NCBI GenBank assembly: GCA_965140585.1
Contig: OZ223272.1
Coordinates: forward strand, 493,881 to 557,880
Length of the DNA: 64,000 nt
Reading direction: 5' to 3'
Origin: Spirochaetia bacterium
GTDB lineage: Bacteria; Spirochaetota; Spirochaetia; UBA9216
The translations under genes and the position numbers were made by a program. The notes under the pieces are model-generated. The model was not told the origin of the DNA. It was given only the letters and a program-made list of their open reading frames with translations, and made no database searches. The first letter of the stretch is position 1. Each line of letters starts with the position of its first letter. Positions 32,662-41,578 of this stretch are shown here, piece after piece.

Positions 32662-32762
32662 TATTCTTCCGAACCCTGATACCTAAAAATCACAATATTT
32701 AAGGAATGAGGGTCGAAGGGCTGTTCCGGAAACAGAACAGCCTCCCGTGTTTGGAAAGGAAG
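32662..32762 (+). ncRNA. Moco-family riboswitch, P3-less (Tuco/tungsten-cofactor type)
   Basis: P1 TTCTTCCGAA / TTTGGAAAGGAA; P2 with CCTAA...TAAGG receptor-like element; AGGGCTGTTC-CGGAAACA-GAACAGCCT hairpin; 3' signature GCCTCCCGTGTTTGGAAAGGA as in the moaA leader; P1 3' strand contains the SD of the ATG at 32767. Confidence 0.88.
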
Positions 32763-32766
32763 TGGG

Positions 32767-34257
32767 ATGCTCAAAAAATCGATTCTTGTTCTCTTATTGA
32801 TCTCAGCCTCAGCAAGCGTCAGTGCTCTTGATTTCACCCTGAATGGAAAACTCTGGAAATCTTTTACATCTGAAAACCTTCATACACTCAGCTATCCGGT
32901 ACCTGCAGAGGACAATAAGGCTGTTGGAATATCTATCGATGAGCTCTTCCCTCCTATGTATGAAGCATGGAAAATAAATATTTCAATTGACGGCGGCCTG
33001 ATAGAAAAAAAAGAAAATCAGCTTGCCGATCTGCTTCCCCGGATTTATCTGACAGAAACAGATTCAGGATGGGCACTTAAAGGTCCCGGATGGACTGTCG
33101 AGGATGTTCAGGGCATTGATTTACGAGGTGAAAAGCTGATTACCTCAAAGCTTGAAATATGGACAAACTGGGAAGGTGAAGATCTTCTGAAAGAAGAAAT
33201 CAGCAGATATGCAGAGCTGCATAACATCAGCATAAACACGGTTTCCGTTCCCCGGCCCGACTCCAAACTCATTGCCGTTTCAGGCGGAGGAGGAAGCGTT
33301 CCCGATATAATAATGGTTCAATCGACCTATATGGAAAGTCTTTCGAAATCGGAAAGTATACAGAACCTTGATTACATGTATCCGGAAGGACTTATAAAAG
33401 AAGGCCGGGAGGTTTTCAGTCTTGACGGAAAAACCTGGGCGGTCCCATTTTACTATGATGCCCAGATGATGTTCATCAACACCGGGCTGATGGATACTCC
33501 AAAAAACAGCTGGACAACGAAAGACTATGAAACTTATGCCTCGCAGTTAAAAGCCCGGGGAATAATTCCGTCGGCATGGAACGCCTACTCATCATCTTTT
33601 CTTATCCCCTTTCAGATAAGCTTCGGTAAAAAGACGCTGATTGAACCTGACGGCTCGGTAATCATAAATGATGAGGCAAATATCAGATCACTTAAGTATA
33701 TTCTTAGCCTGCAGGGGAGGGGCCTGATGGAGCCGATGGAACGTGATGCCATGACATCGATGTTTGTATCAGGAGATGTTGGTATGATCATAAGCGCCTC
33801 ATACAGCATTCCCTATTTTGAAAAGCTTGGCATACCCTTTGAGGCAGTGCCGCTGCCGATCAACTCCGAAACCGGAATCCGGCTTTCAGGCCTTCTTGAT
33901 TTCAAGGGTTTTGCAGTGCCTAAAAAAAGCCGCAATACCGCCGCAGCCGTCAGACTGATCGAATATCTCTGCGGAGCAGGCGTTCAGCAGAGATTTACCG
34001 CAGCCGTTTCAAAACTTCCCGCATCAGAAGAAGCACTGAAGCTTGCCGCAGATGCAAACAGATACATGAAGCAACTGACCATCGGATCGGAAACCGGGAC
34101 AATAATCCCACCGGATCAGGCTTTTGGAATATATAAGAATACAATGTGGAAAATGCTTAGATTCGCGCTTTCAGGAAGGATGTCTCCTGAAGCTGTCTTG
34201 GAACAGACTCAGAAGATTATAAATAACAACTTACAGCAAAAAAAGGAGATAGAATGA
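32767..34257 (+). CDS. ABC transporter extracellular solute-binding protein (sugar-type, family 1) with an extra N-terminal domain
   Basis: Signal peptide, about 100 aa extra domain, then LEIWTNW, GGSVPDII, DGKTWAVPFY, F.SG.VGMI and P.S motifs of MalE-like proteins. Confidence 0.85.
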   Translation: MLKKSILVLLLISASASVSALDFTLNGKLWKSFTSENLHTLSYPVPAEDNKAVGISIDELFPPMYEAWKINISIDGGLIEKKENQLADLLPRIYLTETDSGWALKGPGWTVEDVQGIDLRGEKLITSKLEIWTNWEGEDLLKEEISRYAELHNISINTVSVPRPDSKLIAVSGGGGSVPDIIMVQSTYMESLSKSESIQNLDYMYPEGLIKEGREVFSLDGKTWAVPFYYDAQMMFINTGLMDTPKNSWTTKDYETYASQLKARGIIPSAWNAYSSSFLIPFQISFGKKTLIEPDGSVIINDEANIRSLKYILSLQGRGLMEPMERDAMTSMFVSGDVGMIISASYSIPYFEKLGIPFEAVPLPINSETGIRLSGLLDFKGFAVPKKSRNTAAAVRLIEYLCGAGVQQRFTAAVSKLPASEEALKLAADANRYMKQLTIGSETGTIIPPDQAFGIYKNTMWKMLRFALSGRMSPEAVLEQTQKIINNNLQQKKEIE

Positions 34258-35651
34258 AACTGACTGTAAAAACATTATTATCAGTTCTGCTGCTTGCCGC
34301 ACTGCTCATCAGCGGCTGCACCACAGCATCACAAAGCCCCTCAGGCCTTGTAATTGAAGAAACAGAAGCTGACGCAGTCGCACATGCGACCCCTAAGGGA
34401 ACCGGATGGATAATCAGTATCAGCGGTGTCAGAGAAGATGAAATTTGGGAATCCAATTTCGAAAAATGGAAGGAAATGGAAGGCTCGGAATACGGTGAAT
34501 ACATGTTCCAGCTTAAAGGTGAAGATACAAGCTTCATGGCCATCCCTTTTAAAAACATCATTGCCATGGTTGATGATCCTGATGCGACAATGCCCTACGC
34601 ATTTGATGCTGAACTTTGGAAATCAGGATATCAAATAACTTTTACAGCTTCCGACGGATATTCAGCTACAATCAACACTGCAGATTTTGCAGTGGAAGAT
34701 CTCTACATAGCAGATGCAATGCGGGGTGAAAAAGTAGCTCCCATGTTGACCGGAAATATTTCAACTCAGTTCTGGGTAAAAGAACTCGCTTCAATTACAG
34801 CAGATCTTAAACCGGTTTCACTTGCTGAAAACAATTTTGAACTAATCCTTGACATCGGCGAAAAACATGCCGTTAAAACAATCGCAGAGCTTGAAAAGCT
34901 TCCCTACTACATTGAGGACAAGGGGAACTACACCAACAGCTATGACAATAATTTCCAGTATATATGGGGAGGAGTAAAGATTGTCGATCTTATAGAAGAA
35001 TATGCATCGCTTACACCTGAAATGACGGTAGTAATCGAGGCAATGGACGGTTATGCCATGACCTACAGTGCTTCGCAGCTTCTGGACAACTCTGACGGCG
35101 ACTGGATTCTTGCCTTCAAGGAAAACGGCGAATACATGCCCGAAGATCCCGGTTATATCCGGCTTGTAAAGGTAGGACCCAACAACCCCAATATCACAGG
35201 ACATGTTTCTGCACGGATGATAAAGAAGATCATCATCAAGGATGTAGCATTCAAGGATTTCAGCCTCGATCTTATACAGAACGGCAGGACTGAGGTAATG
35301 GACAGACAGACTCTTCAGAGCGGAGTTACAACTTCACGAACAAAGGTTGCCTTCTTCAATAAAAAGGCCGGTGAGGCTGTGGAATACCTGGGCATTCCCG
35401 TATACGTGCTTCTTGAAAGGTACACCGACTATAAGACTGTAACCGTACAGGCCGCCGACGGATACTCTATTAGTCTCAATGCCGCCGAGCTTGCAGGAAA
35501 CGATGATGTAATTATTGCAATGTTCTACGGCGATGAGAGCGAACTTTCCGAAAGTGAATTCCCGCTCGTTATAGTGTGGGATCAGGATGCAGCCATTGTA
35601 CCGGCAGGAATCAAGGCGGTAAGAAACATTTCTGCCCTGATTCTTGAATAA
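34254..35651 (+). CDS. Lipoprotein with three tandem molybdopterin-oxidoreductase-like domains
   Basis: Lipobox LLISGC; three repeats containing ASDGY/AMDGY/AADGY and ending WVKELASI/SARMIKKII/AVRNISALI; WGGVKIVDLI, GYIRLV and FPLVIV resemble the Oxidored_molyb fold; ATGA overlap with the upstream gene. Confidence 0.75.
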   Translation: MKLTVKTLLSVLLLAALLISGCTTASQSPSGLVIEETEADAVAHATPKGTGWIISISGVREDEIWESNFEKWKEMEGSEYGEYMFQLKGEDTSFMAIPFKNIIAMVDDPDATMPYAFDAELWKSGYQITFTASDGYSATINTADFAVEDLYIADAMRGEKVAPMLTGNISTQFWVKELASITADLKPVSLAENNFELILDIGEKHAVKTIAELEKLPYYIEDKGNYTNSYDNNFQYIWGGVKIVDLIEEYASLTPEMTVVIEAMDGYAMTYSASQLLDNSDGDWILAFKENGEYMPEDPGYIRLVKVGPNNPNITGHVSARMIKKIIIKDVAFKDFSLDLIQNGRTEVMDRQTLQSGVTTSRTKVAFFNKKAGEAVEYLGIPVYVLLERYTDYKTVTVQAADGYSISLNAAELAGNDDVIIAMFYGDESELSESEFPLVIVWDQDAAIVPAGIKAVRNISALILE

Positions 35652-37653
35652 AAACAGCTTATTAAAAAACATATACTACTTTATCCCCGTCCTGCTTCTT
35701 ACGGCAGCGGCGGGGATTGCTCCCTTTATTGAAGCCTTTCAGACTTCTTTTTATCATGATATTTACGGGCAGAAAACATTCGCCGGACTCGAAAACTATT
35801 TCTTCCTGAGGCAGGACAGCGGATTCCGGCTAAGTGTAAACATAACAGCGCTATGGTCGATCGGCTCCGCGCTTTTGAGTGTCTTTACCGGTTTTATCCT
35901 TGCATCAATGATGACATCGGTAAAAAAACTTTCAAAATTACTCTACGGGGCATTGCTGATTCCCTGGGGTATTCCAGTTTACATAGCCGTACCGCTCTGG
36001 AGGGCGCTTATTCACGGCAACGGGGGAAATTCAGTCTTCACGGAACTCTTCGGACTCAGTTTCAACCTGATGATGGATCCGGCTGCGGGTTTTATATCCT
36101 GTCTTGCTGTGAACCTCTGGCTTACACTGCCGTTCACTGTTTTTATAATTCACGGAGCAATAAGCCGCATTCCGGTTACCATGAAAGAAGCCGCTGAAGT
36201 TGACGGGGCTGATCGGATAACAGTTTCCATGCATGTTATAATGCCTCAGATCAAAAATGTCCTGATCACTATGGGAATACTCAACTTCATCAAGGCATTC
36301 AAGGAATTTTCAGTTCCCTTTCTGATGACAGCCGGCGGCCCGCCGCTGCTCAGCGGTATCACAGACCGGTTTATTATCGGTGCAGTTACAACCCTCGATG
36401 TCTTCATATATGATATCTTCAATACAACTGAGGACATGGGAATTTCATCCGCATACTCAGTGATGACGGCAGGTCTGATTATTTTACTCATTGCGGTGTG
36501 GTATATCTCTGGTTCATCAAAGAAATCAGCAGCATTCCGATTTAGAATACTTTCAGTATCCACAGCCCTTATACAGCTTATATTCTCCGGCCTTTCCGGA
36601 GGGCTTCCTGCTCTGGGCTACCTCACCGGCCTTATTAACAGAAAACTTTTTTACATTTCAGCATTAATTCATTTCATTTTTATCTGCATCAAAACAGCTC
36701 ATAACGGATTTCTTTCCGGTTTTGATCCGGGAATTATCCCGGCTGTCTACACTGCCGTATGGGTAGTACTTCAGCACAGAAGAAATCCTGAAAACCGGAA
36801 AACTTCAATACAACCGATAATTCGCGGACTCAAACTGCCTGCAGCCGGTTTATCGCTGGCGGCCTCAGGCCTGATCATTGTTTCGTCTGCTGTAATTATT
36901 TACCTGCTGCTATGGATGAGCTTTTCAGGAATCAGTGCCTGCTTTATCGACGGTTTTCTGCCTCCATCGCCGGGTATTGAAAGCTACCGTGAGGCTTTCA
37001 GCGAACATAACATTATATACTACTTTAAAAACACAATAATTGTTTCAGCCCTTACCGGAGTTCTAACTCCTCTTGTCTGCTTCCCGGCAGCAATGTATCT
37101 TAACAGCAGAGGCAAGGTCTTTACCGGAACAGTTCTTGCAGCCATACAGCTTATAAGTATTGCCGGAGGAATGCATTCCCTTATACCTCTTTATGAGATA
37201 TTCAGAAAGGCGGGACTTGTTAATTCCTTCACTCCTCTGATAATAATCGGAACCTATCATGCAGTTCCCGTTGCAATCTTCACAATTACAGCATGGCTTG
37301 ATCGTATGCCCGATTCTTTCAGGGATGCAGCTCTGGTGGAAGGAATGAAGCCGTTCGGATATCTCATAAGAGTACTGATGCCGCTGTCAATTCCTGTGAT
37401 TGTCACTTCGTTTATGGCAGCCTTTATATCGGCCTGGAATTCTTTCATGGTGCCGCTTATCTTTCTGAATGAGGAACGTCTCTACACCATAAGCATCAAA
37501 ATATACTCTCTGATAGGAAGCATTGCATCCGGAACACCTTCCTGGAATATATTTGCAGCGGTATCTGTTCTTAACTGTCTGATTATTGTTTTTATTTTCT
37601 CATGGTTTAGAAAACCGGCGGGAAAAACCGGTATTTCAGAGGTTATGGATTAA
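35644..37653 (+). CDS. Fused ABC transporter permease (MalF-like plus MalG-like)
   Basis: FAGLENY and EAAEVDGA (first EAA loop); YFKNTII, DAALVEG (second EAA loop), FISAWNSF; start overlaps the previous stop codon. Confidence 0.9.
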   Translation: MNKNSLLKNIYYFIPVLLLTAAAGIAPFIEAFQTSFYHDIYGQKTFAGLENYFFLRQDSGFRLSVNITALWSIGSALLSVFTGFILASMMTSVKKLSKLLYGALLIPWGIPVYIAVPLWRALIHGNGGNSVFTELFGLSFNLMMDPAAGFISCLAVNLWLTLPFTVFIIHGAISRIPVTMKEAAEVDGADRITVSMHVIMPQIKNVLITMGILNFIKAFKEFSVPFLMTAGGPPLLSGITDRFIIGAVTTLDVFIYDIFNTTEDMGISSAYSVMTAGLIILLIAVWYISGSSKKSAAFRFRILSVSTALIQLIFSGLSGGLPALGYLTGLINRKLFYISALIHFIFICIKTAHNGFLSGFDPGIIPAVYTAVWVVLQHRRNPENRKTSIQPIIRGLKLPAAGLSLAASGLIIVSSAVIIYLLLWMSFSGISACFIDGFLPPSPGIESYREAFSEHNIIYYFKNTIIVSALTGVLTPLVCFPAAMYLNSRGKVFTGTVLAAIQLISIAGGMHSLIPLYEIFRKAGLVNSFTPLIIIGTYHAVPVAIFTITAWLDRMPDSFRDAALVEGMKPFGYLIRVLMPLSIPVIVTSFMAAFISAWNSFMVPLIFLNEERLYTISIKIYSLIGSIASGTPSWNIFAAVSVLNCLIIVFIFSWFRKPAGKTGISEVMD

Positions 37654-37673
37654 TCGTTAGTACTTCGGGTAAA

Positions 37674-39206
37674 TTATTTTTTCTTGCTGTAATGCTGCAG
37701 CAGCTGAACAAAATAATAACTTTTCTTGTAGATTGCTGAAAGACGCTCATCAACCAGACCATCCATCGCATTTTCAATTTCTTTCCAGTTTGTTATCAGT
37801 TCATGCGGTTTTTTATGAAAATCTTCAATAACCATCTTCAGACTTTTTGCAAGAGCTATGAGGTGAAGACCGGTTGTATTTATCATACCCGCGGCTTCCT
37901 GATTCACATCCTTAAGCTCCTTCCTGAGTTTGGTTATATGTGATTTATCCGCATCACGCCTTTTCAGAAGCTTCGAAAGTTCGGCGCCTTTTGCCCCTTC
38001 TTCAGAAAGGTTCTCATCAAATTTTACAACCTCATCTGCAACAGCCATCAGTCCATAGAAAGCTTCCGAAAGCTGCTGTGAGTTTATATTTGTTGTCCAC
38101 TTCCCCCTGATTATCAGGATGTCGCTTACTTCTCTGATATCCTTCTTGCAGTAATCGACAAGGAAGGCTTTCAGATAGTTCATCGGTGCTATGTAAATAT
38201 ATCCTCCCAGCATCTTCTTCTCGAACGCAAGGTTAGCCTTTTCTGTATAGTGATTCATTCTTGATACAGCAGATGTTCCGAAAACCTTGAAGGCAAGATC
38301 ATCGAGCTTACTCTTCTGCTGTTCTTTCATGATTTTCTGAATTATAAGCTCAGCCTGGCTTTTAAGCTTTGTAAGATAGTCCTCAACTATTCTGTTTGCC
38401 GGCCGGGCGACTTGATAACTGTAGGAAGGGTTTTTATCAATGCTCTTTATTATCAGTTCAAGAACCTTTGAGGTTCTTACATCCCTGAGTTTTCTCAACT
38501 GCTTTGTCCATTCACTTCTGTTAAGCACTTCCGCACCCTTATATGCGCTAAGGACATCAAAAAGGTCATTCCAGTCGGCATCCAGTTCAAGAAAGGGTAT
38601 CAGCGTCAGAAAGTCCTTAAGATCTTCGGATACATACTCGCCGTTTATATCCTCAAATCTGGGGCTGTAATTAAAATCATTTTCAGGGAATCTGGAATCA
38701 AATTTCCGCAGGAAGAAATAAAAGTCAAATGAAATAAAATCAACGAAGACAGCCATAAGGTTATAAGTTGAATTAATTGATTTCACCTTGGCTGTATCAA
38801 AAAATGAGAAGAAATTAACCAGATTGTTTTTAAGTTCATCAGCCACAGCCTTGATATTACCGTTATTCTGCTTGATAGCTTCACGAATCGCAGATTCATC
38901 AAAACTGTCACGGATCTCAACCTGTTTTTCATTAAGGGAATTCTCAATAATTATTGTTTTCAGAACGACTGAAGATTCGGCGTGATCCAGAAGAAGTTTG
39001 GTGGGTCCGATAACACGGTAAAAATCATAGAAGAACTTTGCCATAGCAGAGAGTGCTTCTACTGATTTAGGTTTGTAAAACTTGAATTTGCTCTTTTTAA
39101 GTTGTTTGTCAATCTCTTTAAGGAGCCGCTTCTTTTCTTTTTCAGGATCAGCGGATCTTCCAATTAGAGACAGTATCTTTTCAAGAAAACCGGAACCATC
39201 GCTCAA
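37674..39206 (-). CDS. DUF5312-like conserved spirochaete protein
   Basis: FLEKIL.L...DPEKEKKRLLK.I.K.L N-terminus and FDFYFFLRKFD; GGAGGG RBS with TTG start. Confidence 0.7.
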   Translation of the reverse strand: MSDGSGFLEKILSLIGRSADPEKEKKRLLKEIDKQLKKSKFKFYKPKSVEALSAMAKFFYDFYRVIGPTKLLLDHAESSVVLKTIIIENSLNEKQVEIRDSFDESAIREAIKQNNGNIKAVADELKNNLVNFFSFFDTAKVKSINSTYNLMAVFVDFISFDFYFFLRKFDSRFPENDFNYSPRFEDINGEYVSEDLKDFLTLIPFLELDADWNDLFDVLSAYKGAEVLNRSEWTKQLRKLRDVRTSKVLELIIKSIDKNPSYSYQVARPANRIVEDYLTKLKSQAELIIQKIMKEQQKSKLDDLAFKVFGTSAVSRMNHYTEKANLAFEKKMLGGYIYIAPMNYLKAFLVDYCKKDIREVSDILIIRGKWTTNINSQQLSEAFYGLMAVADEVVKFDENLSEEGAKGAELSKLLKRRDADKSHITKLRKELKDVNQEAAGMINTTGLHLIALAKSLKMVIEDFHKKPHELITNWKEIENAMDGLVDERLSAIYKKSYYFVQLLQHYSKKK

Positions 39207-39274
39207 CCGGGAACCCTCCTGCGTAATGTTATTTTAAAAAGAGGCCGCTGTCAATCACAGAAAAAATTCCTTCG

Positions 39275-39643
39275 TTATGTTCCTGTTCTAATTACCCTAG
39301 TTAGCAGAATTTTGGCAATGAGTCCAAGCACTATCCCAGCCAAATCCGCTGCAAAATCGGCCAGTTCCGGGCTTCGTCCGGTAAAAGACTGTATAAATTC
39401 CATCAATATACCGTAACCAGCAAGCATGAGCACACAAACCAGAACTCCGGTGATTTTCTTTCTGAATTCAGGAAGGGACATTAACAAAAGCATCGATAAA
39501 ACTGCATAAGCAGCGGCGTGCTCAGCTTTGTCGATATATTCAAATGAGCCTGGAAGTTTCGGCGGTGACGGAATCAGCGAGAGAACAGTTACTGAAGCAA
39601 GACAGACAAGAAAAAGTATGAAGCTAAGTTTTTTTACAGTCAC
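39275..39643 (-). CDS. VanZ family membrane protein
   Basis: DKAEHAAAY, EFIQSFTGRS.E..DF.AD. Confidence 0.88.
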   Translation of the reverse strand: MTVKKLSFILFLVCLASVTVLSLIPSPPKLPGSFEYIDKAEHAAAYAVLSMLLLMSLPEFRKKITGVLVCVLMLAGYGILMEFIQSFTGRSPELADFAADLAGIVLGLIAKILLTRVIRTGT

Positions 39644-39724
39644 GGTTTACAATAGATATAAAAGAAGATTCAGTCAATCAGGCTTGTATTGACAAATAAA
39701 ATCCTGAAAGATATCCTCCGTAAT

Positions 39725-41014
39725 ATGAATAACTTGGCAGTTGAATTGAATAAGATTCTGGAAAAAACATGCGCATATGAATTGCTCTCCGACTACGGGA
39801 AAAGAATGTACTTCCCGGCTGGCATTGCAGCCCAGTCAGCAGAAGCAGGAAAAAAGGCAAAAACCTATAATGCGACTATCGGTATGGCTATCAGCAAGGG
39901 TGAAGCCATAGAATTACCGTCCCTGAGGAAACTTCTTCCCGAACTCAGCCCCGCAGAGGCTGTTACCTATGCTCCGACCGGAGGAGATGCAAATCTCATC
40001 AAACTCTGGAAAGAAGATATGGTCAGAAAGAATCCGGCTGTAAATCCTGAGAAGATATCAAACCCTGTAGTTGTTCCCGGACTTACAAACGGAATATCCC
40101 AGCTCATGGATCTTTTTGTCGATGAAGGCGAATCAGTTGTAATCCCTGATATGTTCTGGGGAAACTACAGACTGATGATTGAAGAAAGAAGATGCGCCTC
40201 TATAGCTGGGTTTCCTTTTTTCAATGCTGAAGGCGGACTCAATATCGCCGGTTTTGTTGAAACAATCAAGAAAACCGCAGTTAACAAGAAGTCTGTGATG
40301 ATTGTAAACTTTCCGAACAATCCTACAGGATATTCTCCAAGCAAGGCTGAGGCGACTGAACTTAAAAATGAACTGGTAAAGCTTGCTGAAGACGGATATA
40401 AGCTTGCTGTAATAACCGACGATGCATACTTCGGCCTCTTCTTTGAAGAAGATACATACAAAAGCTCACTGTTCAATGAACTCTATGATGCACATGAAAA
40501 CATCCTTGCAATAAAGGTTGACGGCGCTACAAAAGAACACTTCGTATGGGGATTCAGGGTAGGTTTTGTAACCTTCGGCGCAAAAGGAATGGATGCTGAG
40601 GCATGCAAGGCTATTGAAACAAAACTGTCCGCTTCTCTTAGATGTACAGTATCAAACTGTTCAAGACCGGCTCAGAGCCTCCTTCTAAAGGCCATGCAGA
40701 GCCCCTCCTACAGCAGTGAAAAAGCAGCATATGAAGAAGAGATCAAGGATCGATACATTAAAATAAAGGGAATCCTTGAAAAGCACAGTGACGATCCTGT
40801 ACTTGAAGCACTTCCTTTCAACTCAGGATACTTTATGAGTTTTAAGATGAAAAAAGGAAGCGCAGAGCAGCTTCGTAAAAACCTGCTTGACGGTGAGGGT
40901 ATCGGAACAATTTCTATTCAGGATAAGTATCTAAGAATCGCATTCTCTGCGGTTGATATTGAAGATATTGATGATCTATACGCAAGGATATTTGCAGCAG
41001 CCGGAAAGCTTTAA
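39725..41014 (+). CDS. Aminotransferase class I/II (PLP-dependent)
   Basis: NATIGMA, NFPNNPTGY, DDAYFG, DGATKE...WGFRVGF. Confidence 0.9.
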   Translation: MNNLAVELNKILEKTCAYELLSDYGKRMYFPAGIAAQSAEAGKKAKTYNATIGMAISKGEAIELPSLRKLLPELSPAEAVTYAPTGGDANLIKLWKEDMVRKNPAVNPEKISNPVVVPGLTNGISQLMDLFVDEGESVVIPDMFWGNYRLMIEERRCASIAGFPFFNAEGGLNIAGFVETIKKTAVNKKSVMIVNFPNNPTGYSPSKAEATELKNELVKLAEDGYKLAVITDDAYFGLFFEEDTYKSSLFNELYDAHENILAIKVDGATKEHFVWGFRVGFVTFGAKGMDAEACKAIETKLSASLRCTVSNCSRPAQSLLLKAMQSPSYSSEKAAYEEEIKDRYIKIKGILEKHSDDPVLEALPFNSGYFMSFKMKKGSAEQLRKNLLDGEGIGTISIQDKYLRIAFSAVDIEDIDDLYARIFAAAGKL

Positions 41015-41038
41015 AGAAATCCGGCGTTAAATCCAGAG

Positions 41039-41078
41039 CATCTCACGGAAAAACGTTTTCCCTGAGATGTTTTTTTTA
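41039..41078 (+). terminator. Terminator between convergent genes
   Basis: CATCTCA...TGAGATG followed by a T run. Confidence 0.65.
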
Positions 41079-41558
41079 TTCCGGAACGAGCAGCTTTCCG
41101 ACTTCCTGAAGCTCGGACATCCTGGAATAAACCGGCATCCGGCCTTTTGCTTCCAGCTTATCCATCTCTATCGTTTTCATATAAAGTTCATTGACCATAT
41201 CGGCAAGAATTCCGAGATTATCATTAAAATTACAGATTGCCATATCCATCAGAAGCTTTTCATTTCCGCTAGCCCTGCTGCTTCCGAGAATAAACCTGAG
41301 ATTCGGAGCAACATCTTTCCTTACCTTTCTGATAAAAACAGCCAGATTGTAGATTCCATCGTAGAGTTCGGCAAAGCTGTATCCCTGCATCCTCTCATAA
41401 TCGGAAATCTCGGTAATTTTTTCTATCTTTTCCCAGGCGCCCTTTTCAATGGTAATGTCGTTAAAGGCCTTTCTAAGATAGCGGTTCCCTATGTTCTGTT
41501 TATAGTGTTCGCTGATTCTTTCAACAATATTAATAATTTGTGTATTTTTCGCCGCCAT
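41076..41558 (-). CDS. Hypothetical helical protein
   Basis: 160-aa ORF with a GGAG RBS directly after the radical SAM gene. Confidence 0.7.
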   Translation of the reverse strand: MAAKNTQIINIVERISEHYKQNIGNRYLRKAFNDITIEKGAWEKIEKITEISDYERMQGYSFAELYDGIYNLAVFIRKVRKDVAPNLRFILGSSRASGNEKLLMDMAICNFNDNLGILADMVNELYMKTIEMDKLEAKGRMPVYSRMSELQEVGKLLVPE

Positions 41559-41578
41559 TCTCTTCTCCGTGAAAAATA

